NCBI GenBank assembly: GCA_044868695.1
Contig: JBIOWP010000018.1
Coordinates: 1-27,405 of the forward strand
Origin: a bacterium
GTDB lineage: Bacteria; Sysuimicrobiota; Sysuimicrobiia; Sysuimicrobiales; Kaftiobacteriaceae
DNA length: 27,405 bases
Direction of reading: 5' to 3'
The position numbers and the translations under genes were made by a program. Shown here in pieces: positions 8,389 through 16,720 of this stretch; positions within the stretch are counted from its first letter, which is position 1; every line of letters begins with the position of its first letter. The notes under the pieces were generated by a model, which saw only the letters and a list, made by a program, of their open reading frames with translations, ran no database searches and was not told where the DNA came from.

Positions 8389-9343
8389 CGGGACGAGAGA
8401 GCATCATATCTACTTCGTCGACGCCGCCCACGCGGGCACTCGTCTCGATGCCTTTCTGACCGCGCACCTGCGTGCTCATTCCCGCTCTCGCATCAAAGCT
8501 CTGGTCGAGGGCGGGTTCGTCACGGTGGACGGCGCTCCGGCCAAACCCGCGTTGCATGTGCGCCGGGGGCAGCGGATCGAGGTTGTCGTCCCGTCGCCTC
8601 CGCCCGCCGCCGTCACGCCCGAGGCCATTCCGATCGACGTCGTGTATGAAGACGCCCACCTGCTCGTGGTGAACAAGCCGCCGGGGCTCACCGTGCATCC
8701 GGGGGCCGGGCGGTCGTCGGGGACGCTCGCCAACGCGATTGTCGCCCGCGTGCCGAATCTGAGGGGCGTGGGGGGTCCGCAGCGGCCGGGCATTGTGCAC
8801 CGGCTCGACAAAGACACCTCGGGCCTGATGGTGGTGGCCAAAACACCTCAGGCCTACCACGCGCTGCAGGCGCAGGTCGCCGGACGGGCGATCGGTCGTA
8901 CGTACCTGGCCCTCGTCAATGGGGTTGTGCCGGACGATGAGGGGATCATCGCTGCACCGATCGGCCGCCACCCGCGCCATCGCACCAGGATGGCCGTGGT
9001 CCCCCGCGGCCGCGAGGCCGTCACCCGCTATCGCGTGATGGAACGGTTCGCCCGGTACACCCTCGTCGAGGCCAAACTCGTGACCGGCCGGACGCACCAA
9101 ATCCGTGTCCACTTTGCGCACCTCGGCCATCCTATCGCCGGCGACCCGGTCTACGGTGGGCGGCCCGACGAGCTGGGTGTCGGGCGCCAGGCGCTCCATG
9201 CCTTCCGCCTGCAGTTTGCTCATCCCATCTCAGGGACCGAGATGGTATTCGAGGCCCCGCCGCCGCGGGATGTCGCTGCGGCGGTGGAGTGCGCCAGGGC
9301 GCAGGGGGTGGAGCGGGGCCGGCGAATGGGGCGGCACACGTGA
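8375..9343 (+). CDS. rluD: RluA/RluD-family pseudouridine synthase with S4 domain (start codon uncertain, possibly ATC)
   Basis: [34 protein letters not shown] and RQALHA. The in-frame S4 region (GTRLDAFL...[18 protein letters not shown]) lies upstream of GTG 8525. Confidence 0.85.
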   Translation: MPSSNGTREHHIYFVDAAHAGTRLDAFLTAHLRAHSRSRIKALVEGGFVTVDGAPAKPALHVRRGQRIEVVVPSPPPAAVTPEAIPIDVVYEDAHLLVVNKPPGLTVHPGAGRSSGTLANAIVARVPNLRGVGGPQRPGIVHRLDKDTSGLMVVAKTPQAYHALQAQVAGRAIGRTYLALVNGVVPDDEGIIAAPIGRHPRHRTRMAVVPRGREAVTRYRVMERFARYTLVEAKLVTGRTHQIRVHFAHLGHPIAGDPVYGGRPDELGVGRQALHAFRLQFAHPISGTEMVFEAPPPRDVAAAVECARAQGVERGRRMGRHT

Positions 9344-9345
9344 CG

Positions 9346-9939
9346 ATGCCGGTGATGCGCGAGAAGGCCCGGGTGATGGATGCGGATGCCGTCCGCCGGG
9401 CCCTGGTGCGCATGGCCCACGAGATCCTCGAACGCAACCGAAGCGCACAGCAGCTGGCCATCGTCGGAGTCCGCACGCGCGGGGTACCGCTGGCGCAGCG
9501 GCTGGCAGCGGCCGTCGCCGGCATTGAGCAGGTGCAGGTGCCGGTCGGCACGCTCGATATCACACGCTACCGCGACGACCGTCCCGACCGGAGTACGCCG
9601 ACCGTGCGGCCCGCCCCCCTGCCGTTTGACGTCGCGGGAAAGACGGTGGTCGTGGTGGACGACGTACTGTACACGGGCCGGACGGTGCGCGCCGCGCTCG
9701 ACGCGTTGATCGATCTCGGCCGGCCCGCCGAAATCCAGCTTGCCGTGCTGATCGACCGCGGCCACCGAGAAGTCCCGATCCGGCCGGACTACGTAGGCAA
9801 GAATCTGCCCACGTCGTCCCGCGAGCACGTGGCCGTGCGGGTCGCGGAGGTTGACGGCAAGGATGAAGTGGTGATTGAAGAACCTGCAGACGGGAACGCG
9901 GGAGCGCGGGAGCGCGGGAACGCGACTCCTCAGCAGTGA
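9346..9939 (+). CDS. pyrR: Pyrimidine operon regulator / uracil phosphoribosyltransferase
   Basis: [37 protein letters not shown] and [17 protein letters not shown]. Confidence 0.95.
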   Translation: MPVMREKARVMDADAVRRALVRMAHEILERNRSAQQLAIVGVRTRGVPLAQRLAAAVAGIEQVQVPVGTLDITRYRDDRPDRSTPTVRPAPLPFDVAGKTVVVVDDVLYTGRTVRAALDALIDLGRPAEIQLAVLIDRGHREVPIRPDYVGKNLPTSSREHVAVRVAEVDGKDEVVIEEPADGNAGARERGNATPQQ

Positions 9940-9987
9940 GGTACAGTCTCTACCGCGCTCCCCCGTTCCCTTGTTCCCCCGTTCCCG
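9889..9987. repeat. Octamer-period inverted-arm cassette, copy B, spanning the convergent pyrR/rqcH stops
   Basis: GACGGGAACGCGGGAGCGCGGGAGCGCGGGAACGCG ... CGCGCTCCCCCGTTCCCTTGTTCCCCCGTTCCCG. Confidence 0.85.
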
Positions 9988-11683
9988 GTAGTTTGGGTGT
10001 CACGTGCACCGTCCGCTCGTGTGTGTAGGTGACCACCCCAGGCTTGGCGCCCTTGGGCTTTCGTACGTGCCTCCGCTCTGTGTAGTCGACGGCTGTGGTG
10101 GTCGACCCCCGCGCGGCGCTGAAATAGGCGGCGATGGCGGCCGCCTGGTGCACGGTGCCTTCGGCGGGGTCGCGCGGGCCGCGCTTGATGATGACGTGCG
10201 CACCCGGCACGCCGCGGGCGTGGAGCCAGATGTCACCCGGTGAAGCGAGCTTGAACGTGACCACGTCGTTTTCTCGGTTCGTGCGGCCGACGAGCACGGT
10301 GACTCCACCGGCGAAGCCGAACCGTCTCGGGCCGGAGGCGGCGAGGACCGGGCGCGCGCGCGCCCGGCGGGCACGAAGGTATCTTTCCTCGACCAGCTCG
10401 CGGCGCAGATCGAAGAGATCGTCGATGGTCGTGGCCTGCTCGATGAGGGTTGCCGCAGACTCGAGGTACGCGCGCTCTTCGGTCGCCTTGCGCGCCCGCG
10501 CGTCCAGCACCGGACGGGCCGCCCGGACCCGTCCGTACCGTTTGAACAGCCGCTGCGCATTTTCCACGGCGGTCAGGGTGGGGTCCAGTTCGATGGTCAT
10601 CGGTGCTCCGTCGAATCCCGGCAGCGTGACCTCCGCCGCACCGCGGGGAACCTGCGAGGCATAGGCCAGCAGGAGTTCGCCGTGCCGGCGGAGCCTGCCG
10701 GTCTGTTCGGCCTGCTGGAGCGCACCCGAGACCTCACGCTCGGTCCGCTCCACCCGGGCCAGCCCCGCCCGCACCGCACCGAGGAGTGCCACGCGGAGCT
10801 CTTCGGTGCGGGCTGCTGCGCTGTGGCGCCCCATGACGATGTCCACCGCGGCGCTCATGCTCTCTGACGGTACCTGGCGGAGAGCGGCAAGATGCGCCAG
10901 GGGAAACGCCGAGTATCCGACCGGTTGGTCGCCTTCGTAGTAGATCACTGGGGAAAATGTCCCCGCCGTCACGGTGGTCGCAAGCTCGTGCAGCGCGTCC
11001 CAGAGCCTGCGTGCTGCGCCGCTCTGACTGCGCGCGGGCGCCAGCGGGTCCCCTCCGGCGCGAGCAACGAGGTGCGCCGCCAGAGCGGGGCTGAGCCCAA
11101 GCACCGAGGCGACCACACGCGCGGCCAGCGGCTCCTCGGACGCTGAGAGTGCGGCGTCCAGCGCGGCGTTCGTCAGGGCGAGGGGTGAGAGACGGTCCTG
11201 AGGTGGTAGGACGTATGGCCGGCCGGGCAGGACTTCGCGGACCGAGGACTTTGCGCGCGGTACGGGCTTCAGGCTGCCGGCGATCACTCCGTCTTCCACC
11301 AGCATGAGGTTGCTGTGACGGCCCATGACCTCCGCGATGAGCTCGACCGGGCCCCCCGTGGTGTCCAGGGCCAGCACCAACACCCGCTCGAACGGCGGCT
11401 GCCGCACACCGGCCAGCCGGGCCGACTCGAGCCGGCTGCGGAGCATCTGCGCAAATGGGGATGTCTCGCCCCCCGCGGCCCCGGAGGTCAGATGCACACG
11501 CGCCCAGCGGGGGTGAATCGAGCACAGGATGGTGCCAGTGCCGGCTGCCCCGCGCAGCATGAGCGTGACCTCGTCGGGATCGCCCTGCGCGACCCGCGTG
11601 AGGCGCGATCCCACCAGGCCGGCGATTTCCCGGGCCACCGCGGCCAGCACGACACTGTCGAATGACGTCACGAGGCGAGCCAT
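9950..11683 (-). CDS. rqcH: NFACT/FbpA-family ribosome quality control protein
   Basis: EVMGRHSNLMLV, ENAQRLFKRY, VGRTNREND, WLHARGVPGAHV and VRKPKGAKPG. Confidence 0.93.
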   Translation of the reverse strand: MARLVTSFDSVVLAAVAREIAGLVGSRLTRVAQGDPDEVTLMLRGAAGTGTILCSIHPRWARVHLTSGAAGGETSPFAQMLRSRLESARLAGVRQPPFERVLVLALDTTGGPVELIAEVMGRHSNLMLVEDGVIAGSLKPVPRAKSSVREVLPGRPYVLPPQDRLSPLALTNAALDAALSASEEPLAARVVASVLGLSPALAAHLVARAGGDPLAPARSQSGAARRLWDALHELATTVTAGTFSPVIYYEGDQPVGYSAFPLAHLAALRQVPSESMSAAVDIVMGRHSAAARTEELRVALLGAVRAGLARVERTEREVSGALQQAEQTGRLRRHGELLLAYASQVPRGAAEVTLPGFDGAPMTIELDPTLTAVENAQRLFKRYGRVRAARPVLDARARKATEERAYLESAATLIEQATTIDDLFDLRRELVEERYLRARRARARPVLAASGPRRFGFAGGVTVLVGRTNRENDVVTFKLASPGDIWLHARGVPGAHVIIKRGPRDPAEGTVHQAAAIAAYFSAARGSTTTAVDYTERRHVRKPKGAKPGVVTYTHERTVHVTPKLPGTGEQGNGGAR

Positions 11684-11719
11684 TCTCGACACACGATAAC
11701 GCAGCCTCCATTGGGAAGC

Positions 11720-11802
11720 AACTTCGGGAGCCGGGATCGGGGAGCCGACGCCGCTCAGCTGCAGTTTCGGATCCCTGATCCCGAATCCCTGATCCCGAAG
11801 TT
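11720..11802. repeat. Heptamer-period inverted repeat in the divergent rqcH/yicC spacer
   Basis: Perfect ends AACTTCGGGA...TCCCGAAGTT; inner units GGGAGCC GGGATCG GGGAGCC versus GATCCCT GATCCCG AATCCCT GATCCCG. Confidence 0.75.
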
Positions 11803-11850
11803 CCGTGTGGAACAGGAACCCACTTCCGCGGACAAGAATCACGTTGCAAC

Positions 11851-12732
11851 ATGATTCGCAGCATGACAGGCTTCGGCACCGGGGAGACGCTCACGCCGGC
11901 GGGCCGGTTCACGATCGAGATCCGGTCGGTGAATCACCGTTTCAGCGAGGTGCTGGTCCGGCTGCCCCGCGATCTGTCGGCGCTGGAAGATCGGGTGCGC
12001 GCCGCCGTGCAGGCGCGCGTGTTGCGGGGTCGTGTCGAGGTGACTATACTGAGGGAAGAGCGCGGGTCGCGTCCCAAGACCGTCAAGTGCGACCCCGATC
12101 TCGCGCGTGCATACGCCCAGGCGTTGAGGGAGCTGGCCGACGTCCTGGGCGTTTCCGGCTCCATCGGCCTCTCGGAGGTCGTCGCCCTCCCCGATGTGAT
12201 CAAAGTGGAAGAGACGCGGGAGGATGTAGAACTGCTCTGGCCTGAGCTTAGCGGCGCTGTCGGACGTTCAGTGGAGGTGCTCGTGGCGATGCGCGAGGCC
12301 GAAGGGCGCCGGCTCGCCGCCGACCTGCTGGGGCGGCTGGGCCGCATCGAGGAGCTGACCCGTACGGTGGAAGCCCGCGCGCGCACAGCGGCGGCGGACT
12401 ACGCCCAGCGATTGCGCCAGCGGATCGCCGAGCTGCTGCGCGACGTGCCCGTCGACGAAAATCGACTTGCCACGGAGATCGTCATCTTCGCCGAGCGGGT
12501 CGACGTGAGCGAAGAGGTGACCCGGCTGCGGAGCCATCTCGCGCAGTTTGAATCGGATGTGGCGAACGCCGACGGCGCGATCGGCCGCCGGCTGGAATTT
12601 GTGCTTCAAGAGATGGGCCGTGAGACAAACACGGTCGGATCCAAGGCCAGCGACCTCGAGATTACCCGCGCGGTGATTGCCATCAAGGGCGAACTGGAGA
12701 GCCTGCGCGAGCAGGTCCAGAACGTGGAGTAG
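11851..12732 (+). CDS. yicC: YicC/YloC-family endoribonuclease
   Basis: MIRSMTGFG, EIRSVNHRF, GRRLEFVLQEMGRETNTVGSK and LREQVQNVE. Confidence 0.95.
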   Translation: MIRSMTGFGTGETLTPAGRFTIEIRSVNHRFSEVLVRLPRDLSALEDRVRAAVQARVLRGRVEVTILREERGSRPKTVKCDPDLARAYAQALRELADVLGVSGSIGLSEVVALPDVIKVEETREDVELLWPELSGAVGRSVEVLVAMREAEGRRLAADLLGRLGRIEELTRTVEARARTAAADYAQRLRQRIAELLRDVPVDENRLATEIVIFAERVDVSEEVTRLRSHLAQFESDVANADGAIGRRLEFVLQEMGRETNTVGSKASDLEITRAVIAIKGELESLREQVQNVE

Positions 12733-12757
12733 CGCCCCGCACAGGTGATCGGCAACG

Positions 12758-13042
12758 ATGAAGGATGGGATCGAAGAGCCCCGGCTGATCAATATCGGAT
12801 TCGGCAACATCGTGGCGGCCGGCCGGATCATCGCCATCGTGGCTCCCGACTCCGCGCCAATCAAACGGATCATCCAGGAAGCGCGCGACAAGGGGGCGCT
12901 CATCGATGCCACCTATGGGCGCCGGACGCGGGCCGTGGTCATCACCGACAGCGGCCACGTCCTGCTGTCCGCCGTTCAGCCCGAGACGGTGGCCCACCGC
13001 TTCCTGGCCAGGGGCGACGACGAGGAAGAGCCGCTGACGTGA
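12758..13042 (+). CDS. remA: RemA/DUF370 regulatory protein
   Basis: [29 protein letters not shown] and LSAVQPET. Confidence 0.95.
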   Translation: MKDGIEEPRLINIGFGNIVAAGRIIAIVAPDSAPIKRIIQEARDKGALIDATYGRRTRAVVITDSGHVLLSAVQPETVAHRFLARGDDEEEPLT

Positions 13043-13587
13043 TTATCGCGATCGGCGGCCCCATCGGCGTGGGGAAGAGCACGGTCGCGCGCGGGCTCGC
13101 GAGCTCGCTCGGGTACCGGTATGTCTCCGGCGGTGAGGTATTCCGCGATTTGGCGCGCGAACGCGGCATTTCCGTTACCGAGGTCAACAGGCTCGCCGAG
13201 CACGATCCTGCCCTGGACCGCGAGCTTGACCGGCGTCAGCGCGAACTGGCTCGCGCAGGCGACTGCGTGGTGGAGAGCCGGTTGGCGGGCTGGATGGTAG
13301 ACGCCGACCTGAAGGTCTGGCTGCGGGCGCCGGCGGAGATCCGCGCCGCCCGCGTCGCGCACCGGGAAGGGCAGCCGGTGAACACCGCTGCCGCGGAGCT
13401 GGTGGAGCGGGAGCGGAGCGAGTGGGCGCGCTACAAAGCCGTGTACCATATTGACGTCAACGACCTGTCTCCGTACCACGTGATCATCGACACCAGCTAC
13501 TGGAGCGCCGAGTCCATCATCGACACCCTGGCCGGTCTGGTGCGGTCGATGCTGAGGCAGGAGAAAACCGTAGGCAGAAATCAGTAG
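13039..13587 (+). CDS. cmk: Archaeal-type (d)CMP kinase / nucleoside monophosphate kinase
   Basis: [14 protein letters not shown]-loop, [29 protein letters not shown], and Y-x-I-D...YHVIIDTS. The GTG start overlaps the remA stop. Confidence 0.85.
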   Translation: MIIAIGGPIGVGKSTVARGLASSLGYRYVSGGEVFRDLARERGISVTEVNRLAEHDPALDRELDRRQRELARAGDCVVESRLAGWMVDADLKVWLRAPAEIRAARVAHREGQPVNTAAAELVERERSEWARYKAVYHIDVNDLSPYHVIIDTSYWSAESIIDTLAGLVRSMLRQEKTVGRNQ

Positions 13588-13615
13588 CCGGTAGGCAGTA
13601 GTCAGTGGGCAGTCA
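13570..13615 (+). repeat. Heptamer tandem repeat (GTAGGCA-like, 6 units)
   Basis: GTAGGCA GAAATCA GTAGCCG GTAGGCA GTAGTCA GTGGGCA GTCA. Confidence 0.75.
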
Positions 13616-13637
13616 ACAACACAGGAGTGGTCCGGTG

Positions 13638-14198
13638 ATGGCAGAGACGCGGTTGGCAGGGAAGTGCATCGTGGTCGGCGTCACCGGCGGCGTCGCAGCG
13701 TTCAAATCGGCGCACTTGGTGACGGGGCTGCGCAAGCAGGGCGCGGAGGTTCTCGTCGTCATGACACCGGCCGCAGCGCAGTTCATCTCACCGCTGACCT
13801 TCCGCGCGCTGTCCCAGCACCCGGTCGTCACAGACCTGTGGGATCCGGAGAATCCCGAGAACGAACCCCACGTGGTCCTGGGCGAGCGCGCCCACCTGTA
13901 CGTCATCGCACCGGCCACCGCGCACACGCTCGCCAAACTGGCGCTCGGGCTCGCCGACGACGCGGTCTCGGCGACCGCCCTGGCGACCCGCGCGCCGGTG
14001 CTGCTCGCCCCCGCGATGAGCGACACGATGTACGAACATCCGACGACGCAGGAACACCTGGCGGTTCTCCGGCGCCGCGGGGTCAGGGTGGTCGGGCCGG
14101 TCGTCGGCTGGCTGGCGTCCGGCAAGGAGGCCATCGGCCGCATGGCGGAGCCTGAGGCCATTCTCGAGGAGATTCTGACGATTCTGGAAGCGAAATAA
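13638..14198 (+). CDS. coaC: Stand-alone HFCD flavoprotein, phosphopantothenoylcysteine decarboxylase-like
   Basis: GVTGGVAAFK, IAPATAHTLAKLALGLAD, PAMS and GRMAEPE; no CoaB domain; AGGAG RBS. Confidence 0.85.
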   Translation: MAETRLAGKCIVVGVTGGVAAFKSAHLVTGLRKQGAEVLVVMTPAAAQFISPLTFRALSQHPVVTDLWDPENPENEPHVVLGERAHLYVIAPATAHTLAKLALGLADDAVSATALATRAPVLLAPAMSDTMYEHPTTQEHLAVLRRRGVRVVGPVVGWLASGKEAIGRMAEPEAILEEILTILEAK

Positions 14199-14251
14199 CG
14201 GAAACGGGAAACGGGTCTCGCGAAACCGGTAGTGAAGGAACAACCCCCCTC

Positions 14252-16204
14252 GTGTACGCCGACGTCGCGCTGAACGTGCCGCTGCGCGCCGGCGACCGCG
14301 TGTTCACCTTCTCCGTTCCACCCCCCCTGCGATCGCAGATCGCGCTCGGCACGGCGGTCCGCGTGCCGTTCGGCCGCCAGGCCGCGGTGGGATTCGTCGT
14401 GGCGGGCAGCGAGCAGACGACGCGGCGCGTCCGGGCGATCGCAGGCGTCGAGGACCGCATCCCGCGTTTGCCCGCCGACCTGGTCGCCCTCGCCTGGTGG
14501 ATGGCGGAGCGCTACGTGTGCTCCGTCGGAGAAGCCGTCGCCGCAATGATTCCTTCGCTCACCGCCGCCCTGCGCAAGCGGCCGGCAGGTGCGCCCGCGA
14601 TCGTCGCACCCGCGCCTGCTGCTGGCCCGCCGGCTGCCCCCACAGGCGTCCTGCCGCTGCTCGAGGAACGCTCCCACGCGGTGGCGGCCATCGGGGAAGA
14701 GTCACGCTTCGACGCCTACGCCGAGGCGCTGCAGTGGGTCCTCGGTCGCGGCCAGGGCGCGCTGGTCTTGGTCCCCGAAGTCGCCCAGGCGGAGCGAATG
14801 GCCGTGTGGGCGGCGCGGCGCAGTGGCACGCCGGCCCTCCTGCTCGCGGGGCACCTTCCGGAACACGAGCGCTGGGAGATCTGGAACCAGATTCGGTCGG
14901 AGAAGATCCGGCTCGTCGTCGGGACGCGCCTCGCGGTGTTTGCGCCGTTCCCGCGCCTCGGGCTGATCATCGTCGATCACGAGGAGGATACCTCTTATAA
15001 GGAAGAACGCGAGCCGAGATACCATGCGTGCCGCGTGGCCGAGCAGCGGGCGCGCGCGGCCGGCATTCCGATCCTATGGGGAACCCCGGCGCCGTCGCTG
15101 GAGGTGGTGAAGGCGATTGAGGACGGCCAGGCGGCCGCGGTCCCGCTTGCACCGGCGTCGCGCCCGACGGTCGCCGTGTCGGATGTGCGCGCGGAAGCCG
15201 GACCGCTGGGCGGACTGTTTGGCCGAAGACTGTACCAGGCGCTGGCGCGGACCCTCCCCCGGGGACGGGCGATCATCTTTGTGCCGCGCCGAGGGTACGC
15301 AGACTTTCTGCTGTGCCATGAGTGCGGCGCCGTCCCTCGCTGCCCGCGCTGCGGGGTCGCGCTGACGTTTCATCTCGAACGGGGGAATTCCGCCCCCCGG
15401 CCGCGGACTCCCGCGCGCGTTGCGGAACTGCGGTGCCACCTGTGCGGCCGTGTCGAGCCGGTGCCGGAGGTCTGTCCGGCCTGCCAGGGGACCCGTCTGC
15501 GTCCCCATGGCCTCGGAACGGAACGGGTTGAGCAGGCCGCGCGCCGGTTGTTTCGCGCGGTGCCGCTGCTGCGCCTCGACACGGAGAGCGCCCCGGATGA
15601 ACCATCCCAGCAGAGAGTCTGGAAACAGTTCGAGCGGCGGGGCGGCCTGCTGGTCGGGACGCAGCTGGTGATCAAAGGGGTCGGCCAGGTGCGCGCAGCG
15701 GTCGTCGGCGCGGTCGGCGTGGACGCCGGCCTGCACCTGCCGGACTTCAGGGCGGCCGAGCGCATGCATCAGATGCTGGTCCGCCTGACACGGCTGGCCG
15801 AATCGGAGATGATCATTCAGACGTTCTCCCCGACTCATCCAGCCCTCACGGCGGTCGCCAGGCAGGACCCGGCGAAGTTCTACCGGGATGAGCTCGCCAG
15901 CAGGCAGCGGTTCGGGTATCCGCCGTTCCGGCCGCTGATCAATCTGATCACCACGGGTCCGCGCGAAGACCCGGTGCGGGCCGCTGCCGCCGAGCTGGCC
16001 GAAGCGCTGGCCGCCGCGGGAGAAGTCCTGGGCCCGTCGCCGGCGCCCATCTCCAGACTCCGCGGGCGGTTCCGATGGCAGCTCCTTATCAAGGAGCGGG
16101 AGGACCTCGCGGTGCGGAGGCGGCTGTCCGCGCTGCTCAGGGAGTGGAAGCTTCCCAAAGACGTAAAGCTGACCGTCGATGTAGACCCGGTGGACTTGCT
16201 CTAG
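14252..16204 (+). CDS. priA: Primosomal protein N' with degenerate helicase motifs
   Basis: VRVPFG N-terminal domain, LVPE, VVGTR, RRGY, four CxxC, GTERVE, GYPPF and VDVDPVDLL. Confidence 0.92.
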   Translation: MYADVALNVPLRAGDRVFTFSVPPPLRSQIALGTAVRVPFGRQAAVGFVVAGSEQTTRRVRAIAGVEDRIPRLPADLVALAWWMAERYVCSVGEAVAAMIPSLTAALRKRPAGAPAIVAPAPAAGPPAAPTGVLPLLEERSHAVAAIGEESRFDAYAEALQWVLGRGQGALVLVPEVAQAERMAVWAARRSGTPALLLAGHLPEHERWEIWNQIRSEKIRLVVGTRLAVFAPFPRLGLIIVDHEEDTSYKEEREPRYHACRVAEQRARAAGIPILWGTPAPSLEVVKAIEDGQAAAVPLAPASRPTVAVSDVRAEAGPLGGLFGRRLYQALARTLPRGRAIIFVPRRGYADFLLCHECGAVPRCPRCGVALTFHLERGNSAPRPRTPARVAELRCHLCGRVEPVPEVCPACQGTRLRPHGLGTERVEQAARRLFRAVPLLRLDTESAPDEPSQQRVWKQFERRGGLLVGTQLVIKGVGQVRAAVVGAVGVDAGLHLPDFRAAERMHQMLVRLTRLAESEMIIQTFSPTHPALTAVARQDPAKFYRDELASRQRFGYPPFRPLINLITTGPREDPVRAAAAELAEALAAAGEVLGPSPAPISRLRGRFRWQLLIKEREDLAVRRRLSALLREWKLPKDVKLTVDVDPVDLL

Positions 16205-16219
16205 TAGACTGATGTGTCG

Positions 16220-16720
16220 ATGGAAGTCATCACGGTAGACAGCCCGAAGGCGGGCGTGCTGCGGCGGCGGGCGAGGGCCGTCGGCCGCGTCACCACGCAG
16301 GCTCAGCACCTCGTGGACGAGATGGTCGAGGCGATGCATGAAGCGCATGGCGTCGGGCTGGCCGCACCACAGGTCGGCGTCAGCAAGCGCATCATCGTCG
16401 CCGAAGTGGACGAACGCCTGCACGTCCTGATCGACCCGAAGATCGTCACACGCGAGGGCGAGGAGCTCGGCATCGAGGGATGCCTGTCCATTCCCGGCAT
16501 CGTCGGCGAGGTCCCGCGGGCCGCGAGGGTGGTCGTGAAAGGGAAGAACCGCAGGGGCAGGGGCATCACCCTCAATGCGGAGGGGATGCTGGCCCGCGTC
16601 CTCCAGCACGAGGTCGATCACCTCGACGGGATCTTGTTCCTCGATCGCGTCGTGGACAAGTCCACCATCCGCGACGTGGCGGCATCCACGGAGGTCGAGG
16701 GCGCCGTCACGACCGGATGA
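16220..16720 (+). CDS. def: Peptide deformylase
   Basis: GVGLAAPQVG, EGCLSIPG and QHEVDHLDG. Confidence 0.97.
   Translation: MEVITVDSPKAGVLRRRARAVGRVTTQAQHLVDEMVEAMHEAHGVGLAAPQVGVSKRIIVAEVDERLHVLIDPKIVTREGEELGIEGCLSIPGIVGEVPRAARVVVKGKNRRGRGITLNAEGMLARVLQHEVDHLDGILFLDRVVDKSTIRDVAASTEVEGAVTTG

Noticed and set aside
9300..9345. PyrR-binding attenuator upstream of pyrR
   Set aside because: pyrR abuts rluD with no leader, and no AGTCCAGAGAGGCT-type binding loop is visible.
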